A stretch of DNA of 64,000 bases from the NCBI RefSeq assembly GCF_006345805.1, contig NC_043010.1, positions 6,820,001 to 6,884,000 on the forward strand, in the 5' to 3' direction. Positions 12,629-24,939 of the stretch are shown here, in pieces. Position 1 is the first letter of the stretch. The number at the start of each line of letters is the position of its first letter. A program made the translations under genes and the position numbers. Origin of the DNA: Octopus sinensis (taxonomy: Eukaryota). The notes beneath the pieces were generated by a model. It saw only the letters and a program-made list of their open reading frames with translations, was not told where the DNA came from and did not search any database.

Positions 12629-13023
12629 AGGCGTAGGTGTGGCTGTGTGATAAGTAGCTTGCTTACCAACCACATGGTCCCAGGTTCAGTCCCGCTGCGT
12701 GGCACCTTGGGCAAGTGTCTTCTACTGTAGCCTCGGGCCAACCAAACCGTGTGAGTGGATTTGGTAGACGGGAACTGGAAAAAACCTGTCGTATATGTAT
12801 ATATATATATGTGTATATCTATGTGTGTGTATATGTTTGTCTTTGTTTGTCCCCACAACATCGCTTGGCAACCGATGCTGGTGTGTTTATGTCCCCCATC
12901 ACTTAGTGGTTCAGCAAAAGAGACCGATAGAATAAGTACTAGGCTGACAAAGAATAAGTCCTGGGGTTGATTTGACTTACCCCATCCTCTGGAATTGCTG
13001 GCCTTGTGCTAAAATTTGAAATC
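12629..13023 (+). mobile_element. Chimeric SINE: family A body with a family C tail
   Basis: A-type up to cctggggttgatttgac (~12977), then ttacccc..gctggccttgtgctaaaatttgaaa, the tail of the C copies at 17049 and 43595. Confidence 0.75.
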
Positions 13024-13196
13024 GAAATTTCAATCCATCTCAGTTATGTCCCTTTAAGTCAATGGTCAACTTTATTTTGATAAAATAAACACCAAACAAA
13101 ACACAAAGGCTAATATAATTCAAAGCATTTCAAAGGAAGTGTTACAATATGGTGATTGCAGTCAAATGACTATAACCAGTAAAAGAATACATCTTA

Positions 13197-13559
13197 TAGG
13201 AAGCACTCCGTTGGTTACGACGATGAGGGTTCCAGTTGATCCGAATCAACGGAACAGCCTGCTCGTGAAATTAACGTGTAAGTGGCTGAGCACATAGTTC
13301 TCGGGGATATTCAGCGTGACACAGAGAGTGACAAGGCCGGCCCCTTGAAATACAGGTACAACAGAAACAGGAAGTAAGAGTGAGAGAAAGTTGTGGTGAA
13401 AGAGTACAGCAGGGATCACCACCACCCCCTGCCGGAGCCACGTGGAGCTTTTAGGTGTTTTTGCTCAATAAACACTCACAACGCCCGGTCTGGGAATCGA
13501 AACTGCGATTCTATGACTGCGAGTCCGCTGCCCTAACCACTGGGCCATTGTGCCTCCAC
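13197..13559 (-). mobile_element. Family B SINE with a 12-bp TSD
   Basis: TSD gaatacatctta at 13185-13196 and 13560-13571. Confidence 0.92.
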
Positions 13560-13619
13560 GAATACATCTTAGTCCCCCAAACAGCTTTACAAAGGATGCT
13601 TTCTATCATAAATGAAATG

Positions 13620-14260
13620 AGTAATTGTCAGCATCTCTCAAATAGACCTACCATGCCCTCTTGTCTGCAATCTTGTATTGATACTGTTTACAAACAAGGT
13701 AGAGGCAACTGGAAATAGCCAGGATTACTTAAAGGTGACAATAATTTCTCTCCTGTATTTAAATAATTACAAGCAGTACGCTAAAGGTGACAAGCAGCTT
13801 GGTCTCCGGTAGCAGACAATATGCTAATTCTGTAGAAACATTGGCATGAAAAGGAATTTAGGCAAATACGTTAAAGCCATATTAAAAAGAGAAAATTTAT
13901 ATTTTATTTTAATCATATCTTAATTGATAAAGAAACAGAGATAGAAGAATTAGACCAGGGTCAAACTTACAGATATTTTGCCATCAATCAGCTAGATAGT
14001 GTACAATACTAACAAGAATGATGGAAAAGGTTAGGAAAGAATATTAAAGATATATTAAACTGAGAACAATAACAGAACTAAAAGCCAAAACTAATAGACA
14101 TCAATAATGTAGCCATTCATATAATAACCATACTTCAGCCTAGACATAAAAATAAATGATGAGAATGGATAGAATAAACAAAGAAAATAATTGCAGAATT
14201 TAGAGTGAACTAGTCAAAAAAACTGACATTGAGAGACGATGTTGAACATAAACAGAATAA
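13620..14260 (+). mobile_element. Degenerate Dong/R4-type RT fragment
   Basis: ISLLYLNNYKQYAKGDKQL..NIGMK.NLGKYVKA..EIEELDQGQTYRYF..MEKVRKEY resembles the R4-clade RT motif HLFYMDDLKLYAK with DD decayed to NN. Confidence 0.6.
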
Positions 14261-14329
14261 CAACAGAGACTTCTGTGACCAAAAACATTATAAAATGGTT
14301 ACGGTAGGATTACAAAAGTATTTTATCAT

Positions 14330-14404
14330 CATCATCAGCAGCAGCATAGTAGCAGCAACAGTAGCAGCATCAGCATCATCATCATCACCACTATTACAGC
14401 CACT

Positions 14405-14436
<32 letters not shown>

Positions 14437-14725
14437 CATCAACATCATCATCAACATCATCAACATCATCATCTTCAGTATTACATTGTTATCATCCCTG
14501 TTATCATCATAATCACCACTACCACCACCAACCACCATCACCACCACCACCACTATTATAGCCACTGTCATCATCAGCATCATCATTCAAAAGTCTGGTT
14601 TCCATGCCGGCATGAGTTGGACATGTGACGACTAGGAAGATTACCACATACTCCTAGTCAGGCGTGGTGTCTAGATTTCAGTTATACATTACGTTTTTGG
14701 CATGGTTTCTATGGTTGGATGCCTC
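14330..14725 (-). repeat. CAT/CAC trinucleotide tract followed by a family D remnant
   Basis: ttccatgccggcatgagttggac and ggttggatgcc motifs after (CAT)n. Confidence 0.6.
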
Positions 14726-15029
14726 TCCTTATACAAAACATTTTCTAGAGTGTATTATATTATATTTTATCCTGGCACCAATATTTGAAACATTGTCTTG
14801 TTCTTCAGCCTGACTACAGGATCCTCTTAACCCTATGCCATCTTTGAATATTTTCTATTAGAGAGAGACTATACATGAATTTTTATAACAAACATAATTA
14901 TTAGCTAAAGCATCCAGGGATCATAGTAGAGAGTAAAGGATTCTAATATGTCACATTACATATGTCTAACCAAGCTTTCTCACTGAAATCTGTTAAAGCA
15001 AAATAATAAAGAATATCTTGCTTTTTCTA

Positions 15030-15075
15030 TATATACATATATATATAAATATATATACATATATATATATGTATG

Positions 15076-15106
<31 letters not shown>

Positions 15107-15117
15107 GTATGTATATG

Positions 15118-15152
<35 letters not shown>

Positions 15153-15195
15153 ACATACATACATACATACATACATGCATATATATATATATATC
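15030..15195. repeat. TA/TATG/CATA microsatellite
   Basis: Directly visible. Confidence 0.95.
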
Positions 15196-15994
15196 ACCAA
15201 AATTTATAAAGATTGCTGAAATAATCAATTCTATTGTTTCTGGCTATCCAGTCTTATCAAAAATAGAATATAGATAGATATGTCAAAGCTGGATACATTA
15301 TGTACTTTTAACTTCGTATTTCTTTTTTTTATGAAATGCTTTGAGAGAAAAAAAATTATAGATGCACACACTGCATTATAAAAACATTGTAAAAAAAGAC
15401 AAACAAACATATAGTTTGTGACATGATAATTCAACATACATACTGACAGAGAAATTAAGGCACATGTAAAAATATTATTCTCAAGATCCATCAGATAAGG
15501 AAAAAACTGATGCCTCCTGGTAAATACTTCAATCTCACCGGATGACGAAATTCTCCAAATGTAAATATCTTGAAATAGAATCATGGGATTAGAACCAGAA
15601 ACAAGCTCCTTAGCAATGGGTGGAGCACGGGGACTGAAAACACACACGTATACACATTCATCCCACCTCTGCACCAAAGAAGAGATGTGAAATAAATAAC
15701 TGTAATCAGAGGGCTTATACATTTGCGAAAGCAGAATAGGAAAATTGGAAAATAGATTTTTAGAAAATAGTCACTGCTGGGCACTCTATACATTATGTTA
15801 TGCATAAGAAGAAGAAAACGAAATATAGAATATACATAAGGTATACTTAGCCATACACACTTTTACAATAAAGGCACAAGCTTGCAAAAATAATACATGC
15901 ACTGACATGTTACTACTGTTATTTCTGCTGCTACTACTACTACTACTGCCACCACCACCACCACCATCACTACTACTAATACTAATACTACTGA

Positions 15995-16245
15995 GTGGAG
16001 GCGCAATGGCCCAGTAGTTAGGGCTGCGGACTCGCGGTCGTAGGATCGTGGTTTCGATTCCCAGACCGGGCGTTGTGAGTGTTTATTGAGCGAAAACACC
16101 TAAAGCTCCACGAGGCTCCGGCAGGGGATGGTGGTGATCCCTGCTGTACTCTTTCACCACATCTCTCTCTCACTCTTGCTTCCTGTTTCTGTTGTACCTG
16201 TATTTCAAAGGGCTGGCCTTGTCACTCTCTGTGTCAATCTTCCAC
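15995..16245 (+). mobile_element. Family B SINE with internal 3' deletion and an 11-bp TSD
   Basis: tRNA-like head gtggaggcgcaatggcccag..gtttcgattccc; TSD aatactactga at 15984-15994 and 16246-16256. Confidence 0.9.
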
Positions 16246-16277
16246 AATACTACTGATGATGATGATGATGATGATGA

Positions 16278-16492
16278 TTGCTTCTTCAAATTTTGGCACA
16301 AGGCTAGCAGTTTTGAGGAGAGGGGCATTAGTTGATTAGATCAACCCCACTTCCTTGTCTGATACTTTATTTCATCAATGCTGAAAGAATAAAAAGCAAG
16401 GTTGGACCTCAGCAGGATTTGAACATGGAGCATAAAGAGATTTAAGAAATGCTGTTTGGTACTTTGTCAGATGTGCTAATGATTTTTACCAA
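16278..16492 (-). mobile_element. Family C SINE, diverged
   Basis: ttcaaattttggcacaagg..gatttgaac..gtgctaat layout. Confidence 0.7.
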
Positions 16493-16506
16493 TAATAATA
16501 ATAACA

Positions 16507-17043
16507 TTGTGTTGTCCGGAAAGTTCATGCCGATTTTTAAAGGAAAGAAAAAGGTCAATAAATACTTGCCATTACATTTTTAATCGACCAAATATGAACC
16601 ATTTTGTTGCACAATGCATCTCCATCTTTCCTTTAACTTGAAAATACCCTCTTCCCAGAATTGAAGTGGTTTCATGGCAAAGAATTCATCAAGGTATCTT
16701 TTTACATCATCCAAGGAATTGAAATTTTTACCATTAAGACTATTCTGCAGAGACCTGAATAAGTGGAAATCTGAAGGAGCAATATCTGGTGAATATGGAG
16801 GGTGGGGTAACACATCCCAGCCAAGCTGCAGCAATTTTTGTCTGGTTCCCAAAGCATCAAGTGCCAAAAGTGAACTTTCTTATCTTCCATTTTAAAGGGT
16901 TACAGAATTAACACAGGTTATAGGAACATAAACCTTCTTCCACGAAAAGATAGCTTAAACTGTGCTCTAAATGGAGGTGTAGTCAAATCCTAAGTTGAAA
17001 TGTAAGCTACTATAAATCGGTACAAACTTTCCGGACAACCCAA
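16507..17043 (-). mobile_element. Non-autonomous mariner (mellifera-like) with internal deletion
   Basis: TIRs ttgtgttgtccggaaagtt / aactttccggacaacccaa|TA; C-terminal transposase WDVLPHPPYSPDIAPSDFHLFRSLQNSLNGKNF (16580-16867). Confidence 0.95.
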
Positions 17044-17048
17044 TAATT

Positions 17049-17491
17049 ACGGTTTCAAATTTTGGCACAAGACCAGCAATTTCAGGGGAGGAGGTAAACT
17101 GATTACATTGACCCCAGTGCTCAAGTGGTACTTATTTTATCAACTCCAAAAGGATGAAAGGCAAAGTCAACTTTGGCAGAATTTGAACTCAGAATATAAA
17201 GATGGACAAAATGTCTCTAAGCATTTTGCCCAAATGTGCTAAAAATTCTGCCAGCTTGCCACCATAACAATAATAATCTTTTTTACTGTTGGCACAAGGC
17301 CTCAAATTTGTGGGGAAAGGACGAGTCAATCACATCGATCACAGTGTTTCACTGGTACTTAATTTATTGACCCCGAAAGGATGAAAGGCAAAGTCGACCT
17401 CGGTGGAATTTGAACTCAGAACATAGCAATGAGCGAAATACTGCTAAGCATTTCATCCAATGTGCCAATGATTCTGCTGGCTCACTGCCTT
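17049..17491 (-). mobile_element. Two tandem family C SINEs (17049-17263 and 17277-17491)
   Basis: Each has aggatgaaaggcaaagtc..atttgaactcagaa..ctaagcattt. Confidence 0.85.
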
Positions 17492-17533
17492 CTCCATAAT
17501 AATAATAATAATAGTAATAATAATAATAATAAC

Positions 17534-17579
<46 letters not shown>

Positions 17580-17580
<1 letters not shown>

Positions 17581-18087
17581 AGAAATTCAAAAGATAGTGC
17601 TCATGGGAACTGCTCATATCCTACGCAAAATACTCTCTATGTAATCCCAAGGTTTAAAACAAACTTTTTTTTATGTATTAGACATTCACTAGTACAACAC
17701 CAAAAAAAAAAAAAAAAAAACCCAAATATATGGCACAGAACTTCCAACCTGTTGTCTCTTGAGGTCTCTGGGTGAGACTTGGAGCCAACTTGTACAGACA
17801 TAAGCAAAAGTCAAACATAGAATAATAATAATAATAATAATAATAATACAGAAATTCAAAAGATAGTGCTCATGGGAACTGCTCATATCCTACGCAAAAT
17901 ACTCTCTATGTAATCCCAAGGTTTAAAACAAACTTTTTTTTATGTATTAGACATTCACTAGTACAACACCAAAAAAAAACAAAAAACCCAAATATATGGC
18001 ACAGAACTTCCAACCTGTTGTCTCTTGAGGTCTCTGGGTGAGACTTGGAGCCAACTTGTACAGACATAAAGCAAAAGTCAAACATAG
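17580..18087 (+). mobile_element. Dong/R4-type LINE 3' end duplicated in tandem within (AAT)n (17580-17820 and 17849-18087)
   Basis: EIQKIVLMGTAHILRKILSM* matches the R4/Dong C-terminus (QK..LLGTA.ILRK.L); Dong elements are known to target TAA repeats. Confidence 0.85.
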
Positions 18088-18117
18088 AATAATAATAATA
18101 ATAATAATATAATAATA

Positions 18118-18275
18118 ATCCTTTTTACTACAGGAACAAGGCCTGAAATTTGTGGGGAAGGGACTAGTCGATTACACTGACCCCGAATGGCTGAAAGGCA
18201 AAGGTGACCTCGGCAGAATTTGAACTCAGAACGTAGTGATGGGTGAAATGCCACAAAGCGTTTCGTCCAGCATGC

Positions 18276-18277
<2 letters not shown>
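18118..18277 (-). mobile_element. Family C SINE with internal deletion
   Basis: gaaaggcaaagg..cggcagaatttgaactcagaacgta. Confidence 0.8.
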
Positions 18278-18316
<39 letters not shown>

Positions 18317-18318
<2 letters not shown>

Positions 18319-19130
18319 TAATTTTTTTTATTGACCACAAGGAGCACAACGAACATGTAGGACATGACTCACATTAAAAAAAAAACCTGTAAAAAATTAA
18401 AAGAACAGAATATAACAAACATTTTTAACAACTTCCCTAATGGTAGGGTAGAAATGCCACTCTGGGGCAACAAAGGACCCCACAGATTCCAAATTAATCT
18501 ATTCATCTGGAGCACCATGGCAAGTGCTTCTCCTTTACTTTTTCAGCCAAATAGTACCGAGTTAGAAGTATCCTCAGACTACCCTCACCACATTCAGACA
18601 CCCTTCAGTAAATTTAATGGGGAGGAATAGCACATCCCTCTCAACCCTCATCTTTCTTTTGAAATGGAATTTAAAAAGTTGATGAGGGGCTCAGCCAAAG
18701 AGGAAATGTTAGTCTCCAGTCCTTTCACTCTCATCCACTACACAACCTTTTTTGCCATAGCAACCAGACAGAGGAATACTGCCTGCTCTTCCCAATAAAA
18801 GAAGGGTGGCAGGATGATCTTCTCAATGGAATTGGCCAATAGCCAGATCCAAGCAACGTGTGATAGCAGCTCTTTGAAAGCAGCAATGCTTGGGTTCTGT
18901 ATGAGCACGTAAAGGATGGTTTTGTCATTCTGCATTCATCTCAGGCATGGATGATGTTACTACCATGCCTCCAGAGTTTATCTCAAACTGACAATGCCAC
19001 CTTGGAGCGCACTATTAGGGCAGAGATTTCTGGAAATTATCCATGAATCCTGGTCCAGAAATCTTCCAGAACAGACCAGCCAGTTGATTTTTATCAATGT
19101 TAAGAATTTCCCCCAAAATGTCATAACTCC
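18317..19130 (-). mobile_element. Tx1/L1-clade LINE 3' fragment
   Basis: ..CMQNDKTILYVLIQNP (decayed CCHC zf-RVT) ..FLCLVAMAKKVV*WMRVKGL..; 3' end ccttgtggtcaataaaaa followed by (TTA)n. Confidence 0.7.
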
Positions 19131-19309
19131 TGATTTTGGCACAAGGCTAAATCAGAAACCAAGGCTTAGTTAATAACATCAACCCCAGTACTTATCTGGT
19201 ACCTTATTTCATTGATCCCAGAGGTAGGAAAGTCAATGTTAACCTTAGTGAAATTTGAACACATCTTAAAGAAATATCTGTCCAATGATCTAATGATTTT
19301 CCCCAATAA

Positions 19310-19755
19310 TAATAAGGATTTCTCTTATTTACCACCAGGGTGGCAGAGAAGAGGGATAATCAAAAAAACACATATAAAGTGTGGAGATTTACAATCTGAT
19401 GAGAAAACAGCTGTCTGAAAGCCAAGTATTTTATACTGATTCCATTCTTCCGATACTAGAGGATTTCCTAAGACCAATCAAAGAACCTCACAAATCCCGA
19501 ATCATCCTGAACACTGGGGACAAGTGCCCTATCCAATTGTCATCCTCTAGCTTTCAAGTTGATACATAAAGTGATCCCATCTACCCATGCCAGTTTACAT
19601 ACTTTCACCCATCTTTCAACAAATTCATTCAAGGGTATCACCTCCTCTCCATCTACACCTTCCTTTTTTCTGGTGTAACTTGAAAAAGTTGAGGAGAACT
19701 CCACCAAAGAGGAAAGCCTCTGTTCTTAGACCTTTCAACATTTTCTACCACAAAC
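19310..19755 (-). mobile_element. Second Tx1-like 3' fragment in the same orientation
   Basis: MLKGLRTEAFLFGGVLLNFFKLH..LNEFVERWVKVCKLA parallels the C-terminus of the 18317 copy. Confidence 0.6.
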
Positions 19756-19769
19756 TCTTTTACTATGTG

Positions 19770-19957
19770 TCATCATCATCATCATCGTCGTTTAACGTCC
19801 GCTTTCCACGCTAGCATGGGTTGGACGGTTCAACTGAGGTCTGGGAAGCCCAAAGGCTGCACCAGGCCAGTCATATCTGGCGGTGTTTCTACAGCTGGAT
19901 GCCCTTCCTAACGCCAACCACTCTGTGAGTGTAGTGGGTGCTTTTTATGTGCCACCA
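19770..19957 (-). mobile_element. RTE-related family D element
   Basis: (CAT)n gtttaacgtccgctttcca..ctagcatgggttggacgg; gcccttcctaacgccaacc. Confidence 0.8.
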
Positions 19958-20169
19958 ACACAGACTGAGTACAACTGCTTTCTCTGCCTGGTTAAAGAAG
20001 GGGAACAGGACAATTATCAGCATGAACTCTTATAATAGCTGGTTCCATTCCACTTGCAGCAGCAAGTATTTGATGTAACACCATGATACAGCAATGTTTG
20101 GAGACTGAATAAACTCTGAGTGCATCTTAGTCAGACCTGTCCAACAGTATTTGAATATCTGTAGAGTTT

Positions 20170-20325
20170 ATTTGTGTTATTTACATTATTTACATTTGAC
20201 AGATATTTGTCCTCATCTTTATTGTTAACACAATGTTTCAGCTGATACACCCTCCAGCCTTCATCTGGTTTCTTGGAGAAATTTCGAACCTGGGTTCTCA
20301 TTCCTAAAGTATTTTTTCAATCTTG
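20170..20325 (-). mobile_element. Putative Penelope-like terminal fragment with a decayed hammerhead-like core
   Basis: Minus strand reads cAgatga-a-ggctg-(10 nt)-cagct-gaaac, one mismatch from CUGANGA with stem II present; abuts (TTA)n. Confidence 0.45.
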
Positions 20326-20334
20326 TTGTTATTA

Positions 20335-20377
<43 letters not shown>

Positions 20378-20393
20378 CATTATTATAATAATA

Positions 20394-20458
<65 letters not shown>
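20325..20458. repeat. (TTA)n microsatellite
   Basis: Directly visible. Confidence 0.95.
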
Positions 20459-21400
20459 CCTACTCACAATAACAGTTGTTTAATATAACACTACAAGTCA
20501 CTGGTATTTAGGCATTAAAAGACTACATGCTGAAAACAGGGAGATGGTGCAAATATAATCCTTAAACTATAAACACAAAAAGTGGGAGTGCATCCATTCA
20601 CAACTATTATTTTGTAAAATTAGTGCAAAATCAGAGATTTGGGGTGAAAGTGCAGCCAGGACCCTCTTAACTGTATTATACCCCCTACTTTAAAACAATG
20701 CTCTGGATCCTATAGTATTTATTTATTGACAGCAAGCCATGGCATGCATAGATTAGCATTAGGACCTTGAACAACTTGAAACATGCATAGATTAACATTA
20801 GGACCTTGAGACATCTTTACATGCAGTCTATTATATTGACTCCATTAAGCAAAAGAATGAATGGCAAAGATCAGCTCAGCTGGTTTTTAAATCAGAACTT
20901 AAATACCACTATTATTATTATATAGATTGGTTATGGTGATTCATACTGTTCCTTTGTCCATTTATATTGGTCTCCAGGTAACTTCTCAACAACTTCTCTT
21001 GCCTTTCATAATTGCATTTTCCACAAAAAATTTGGAAACCATTCGTAGTTCAAACTTACCTGTCTCTGACAAAAGTGAATGAGCTTATTTTGTTGTTGTT
21101 AAATCTGTTATTCTACCTGACTCTTTTTCTCATTTCCAGGTCCCCCAATGAAGAAAAAAGTATTTACAACCTTAAGGTTATTCTTATTGTTTTTAATTCA
21201 ACTAATAAATGAATCTAATATCGTTAGATAGTTATTCAAATTCATTAGTGGGGACTTGATTAAATAAAATAATCACATGTGATGAATGAAGCCATAATGT
21301 CGAAGAAGTGTAATAGTACCTCCTTATTTTGATGTTAATTATTGGCTAAGTTAATAGTCAAGTTCCTTATTAATTGAATTTTTTTTTTAAGGAAAATGAC

Positions 21401-21558
21401 TTATTTTTGAGAATGTAATTTTCTAGGAGAATATTCATATTTTTGAAATAGAAAATGCTTTTGGCTTCTTGATAAACACTTCAACTTTCTTGGGAACCCA
21501 AAAAATGAAGAACCTGCTTCATTTTCGTTATCTTTACTTGAAATATCTTCATGTAAAC
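21401..21558 (-). CDS. Candidate terminal exon (phase 1): (G)LHEDISSKDNENEAGSSFFGFPRKLKCLSRSQKHFLFQKYEYSPRKLHSQK*
   Basis: Acceptor ttttttttcaaaag|GT in non-repetitive DNA; 51 open codons to TAA; no homology recognised. Confidence 0.25.
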
Positions 21559-22435
21559 CTTTTGAAAAAAAATCTTAATGCCCCTGGATAGGCATAGGGA
21601 ATCCAAAAGAGACATGTTTTGATGCGAGAATTATGGTTTGAATGACACCTGGTCTGCTTTAAAAATATCCAGATAAATATTTAATAAGTTTCGAGGGCAT
21701 AATTTAAAAATATGCAAGTATTTTATCACTCTATTATTGCATGCTCGTTAGCAGAAGCTGTAACTGTGTACTGGATTTCTAACATATTTCTACATAGTAG
21801 TTTAGGGAATGACTTAGAATAAGAAGCTTTTTGATTTTTCTTATTTTTTTGCATCTGTTTAATCACTGATTTCAGATTATATTAAGGAGAAATAGAATCA
21901 TTATCTGACTAGGATTGTTGGCAGGTTTAAATTACCAATGTTTACTATTACTCACCAAAACGAAAAATGGCATATCATTTGTCAATTTTGTTATACTGTT
22001 GTTTAAGACTAATTTCATGTCATTTGTTGTGGTAGTCTGATATCAAGACTGTTTGGTGAGAAGTAATGTTAATGTTTATTAGTTCTGCTTTATTCTACCC
22101 ATTCCAAATAAACCCTCCTTTGGTAGTGGAGACATGAACTCAAAGAGCGCCTCCTCCTTTTATTATTTTTACATTTTATCCTTCAGGAGCCAATGTCCAT
22201 AAGATAAAATACTGGTCAAGTGCTGGGGTTAGTGTAATCAACTTTACCCATCCCTAATATTTGTGGATTTTTGCCTAAATTATAGAACTAAACATTTATT
22301 TGTATTCGACAGTATTCAGCACTGCAGTATTAATGAATGTTCACATTTCCTGGCCTTCTTTGATGACGATGTCATCAACATTAACCTGTAAATCAGGGTA
22401 GTTCACAAAAACAGAATCCATCTAATACATCATAC

Positions 22436-22712
22436 CAGTGGTTTTCAATGCAAGAACTATCTAGGTGTGCCACAGATTCTTAGAAAATTCATACTAATGC
22501 TTGGGTATCTTGAAAAGTAGTTATTCATAAATTTTGTTAACCCAAGTATGATTAATAAAATAAAAGCTTTCAATATTTTTTGAAATTTTTTAAAACTTTC
22601 AAATGGTTGTTTTTCTTTTTTCTAGCTTTTCCCACAAAGTGCGCTCATATTTTTTTTTTTTTTTTGTATTTGATCTTTAGTGTATCACAAATTTTAAAAT
22701 ATTGAGACTACT
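22436..22712. mobile_element. Possible old hAT-type MITE
   Basis: cagtggttttcaa ... ttgagactacta resemble the TIRs of 23617-23956; no TSD seen. Confidence 0.35.
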
Positions 22713-22756
22713 AGGTTATATACAAATACACCTTTAAGATCTCAAGCAAAATAATA

Positions 22757-23123
22757 CGTATTCAATAATGAAAACATTAGTACAGTATTTGTTTCACTTT
22801 CTGAAATATAATTTCAATTTTTTTTTTTTTAATAATGATAAAAATGTAATTTCAAATGCAAATAATGTTTGTATGTATTTAACATCGTAAATGTAATTTC
22901 AAATGCAAACAAAATATATTTATACACTTCGAATGTAAACGAAATATATTTACAAACTTTTATCTATGTACCTGGTCATGATTTAAAATGAAAACAAGAG
23001 AAAGAGTGTGTCTGTGTGTGTGTAACAGAGAGAGAGAGAGAGAGAGGGTAATTGATTACAGAAACTCATTCCTAAAAGTGAAAGAGTACTTACTATAGTG
23101 TAATGTTTTCATTATCAAATATA
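22757..23123. mobile_element. MITE-like element with ~45-bp imperfect terminal inverted repeats
   Basis: tattcaataatgaaaacatta..tttcacttt (22759-22800) versus aaagtgaaa..taatgttttcattatcaaata (23075-23121). Confidence 0.55.
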
Positions 23124-23278
23124 GGACTACACCGCTTTTGCTATTTGCTATTTGGTACAGTAAGTCTGCAATGGAACCATTCCCTGCCTGAAAGCTGTTC
23201 TTTACTAAGAGGAGTAAGTTAATGTATTAACATATTCCTGTTTGCGAACTGTTTGTATCAACTGTTTGCCAATGCTAT

Positions 23279-23602
23279 GGAGCACTCCGTCGGTTACGAC
23301 GACGAGGGTCCCAGCTGATACGATCAACGGAACAGCTTGCTCGTGAAATTAACATGCAAATGGCTGAGCATTCCACAGACACGTGTACCCTTAACGTAGT
23401 TCGCAAGGAGATTCAGTGTGACACAGAGTGTGACAAGGCTGGCCCTTTGAAATACAGGTACAACTCATTTTTGCCAGCCGAGTGGACTGGAGCAACGTGA
23501 AATAAAGTGTCTTGCTCAAGGACACAACGCGTCGCCGGGAATCGAACTCACAACCTTACGATCATGAGCCGAATGCCTTAATCACTAAGCCACGTGCCCT
23601 CA
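23279..23602 (-). mobile_element. SINE with a distinct head/core and a family B tail; 10-bp TSD
   Basis: Core gtgtccttgagcaagacactt; tail matches 13197; TSD ccaatgctat at 23269-23278 and 23603-23612. Confidence 0.9.
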
Positions 23603-23616
23603 CCAATGCTATAGAA

Positions 23617-23956
23617 CAGTGGTTGTGGACCATTTTTTACCTTTGGACCCCTTTGATTATTACTTTATTCCAGTGCTCCCACCCCCAAACCACTCGATGT
23701 TAGGAAACTAGTTTGATAGATACTTTTTTCAAAATTCCTATTCTGTTTCTCACACATTAACTTGCGTAGGTTGAACTATGTAAAATATTAAGGAAAGAAA
23801 CCTGTTTCTTGTGTTAATTACATCTAAAACAAAAATTTTTTCGATGACCCCTAAAATACTACTGTGGATTTCCAATTTACTATTTTGCTAGCATGGACCC
23901 TGCAAAATCTTATACAGACCCTCAGGAGTCATATGGATCCCAGTTGAGAAACACTA
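23617..23956. mobile_element. hAT (Charlie/Buster-type) MITE
   Basis: TIRs cagtggttgtggac / gttgagaaacacta; perfect 8-bp TSD ctatagaa at 23609-23616 and 23957-23964. Confidence 0.85.
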
Positions 23957-24154
23957 CTATAGAATATCACAGGTTTCTTCATGAGATTCTGTTGTTTAGT
24001 TTCTGTTCAAGTTTTGAGAGTTTATCTTGTCTGGCAAGTGATCTGACATTTCGTCTCAGATCTACCCTGAAATCTAGCAGGCTTATGATATAAAGCATTC
24101 CAGTTGTAGCCAGCCTGTATTTTAGTGGTGGGGACTACATTAGCTAATGTAACA

Positions 24155-24457
24155 TTGTTTGTTTCTTCTTGAGCCATGCCTGGCTCATTAGGCTGGTTTC
24201 CTGGTTTCCTTGGTGTATAGGTTCCCCACCTGGAGAGGACGCCGGTCCGTCACAGGTGAGCTGCAAGATGCAGGAGGAAAGAGTGAGAGAAAGTTGTGGC
24301 AAAAGAGTCAGCAGCAGTTTGCCATTACCTTCTGCCGGAGCCACGTGGAGCTTAGGTTTTTCACTCATAAACACACACATCATCCGGTTTGAGATTCGAA
24401 CCTGCGATCCCTCGACTGTGAGTCTGCTGCTCTGACCACTAGGCCATGTGCCTCCAC
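24155..24457 (-). mobile_element. SINE with a family B head and an alternative 3' module
   Basis: Head gtggaggcacatggcctagtgg; tail gagccaggcatggctcaagaag..acaaacaa. Confidence 0.85.
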
Positions 24458-24637
24458 TGTGTAATGTTATAAAAACCACAAATCTTGTTAGATACGGCTA
24501 CTCAAGGTTTCCTGGTCGAAATAATAATCTATTTCACCACTTTTTAAGTTTAGAACAAGATTAGTGGTTTTTATTATAACATGGTATGTGTTGAGGCACA
24601 AAGCAAAATTAAAAATGTTTGCACTAAAAGACTGTGT

Positions 24638-24939
24638 GGAGGCACATGGCCTAGTTTTCAGAGCAGTGGACTCGTGGTTGAGGGATCGTGGTTCGAATCT
24701 CAGACTGGGCAATGTGTGTGGTTATGAGTGAAACATCTAAGCTCCACGTGACTCCAGCGGACGGTAATGACAAACTTCTGATGACTCTTTCACCACAACT
24801 TTCTTTCACTCTTTCCTCCTACATATAGCAGCTCACCTGTGATAGACCTGCATCTCATCAAGGTGGGGAACCTATATGCCACTGAAACCGGGAAACTGGT
24901 CCTTATGATCCATTCATGGCTCAAGAAGGAACAAACAAC
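24638..24939 (+). mobile_element. Same SINE family as 24155, in inverted orientation; 12-bp TSD
   Basis: TSD aaaagactgtgt at 24626-24637 and 24940-24951. Confidence 0.88.

Noticed and set aside
15540-15668. Possible minus-strand exon (PRAPPIAKELVSGSNP.., donor CCG|gtgag)
   Set aside because: Two competing acceptors, phases that do not fit the other candidates, and no recognisable homology.
15995-16070. tRNA gene
   Set aside because: The tRNA-like head continues into a SINE body bounded by a TSD.
20742-20810. Two-copy ~40-bp direct repeat (also 2295-2340 and 61232-61260)
   Set aside because: Ordinary local slippage duplications.
21445-21475. ENAFG motif suggesting a Harbinger/ISL2EU transposase
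   Set aside because: Isolated five-residue match with no supporting motifs.
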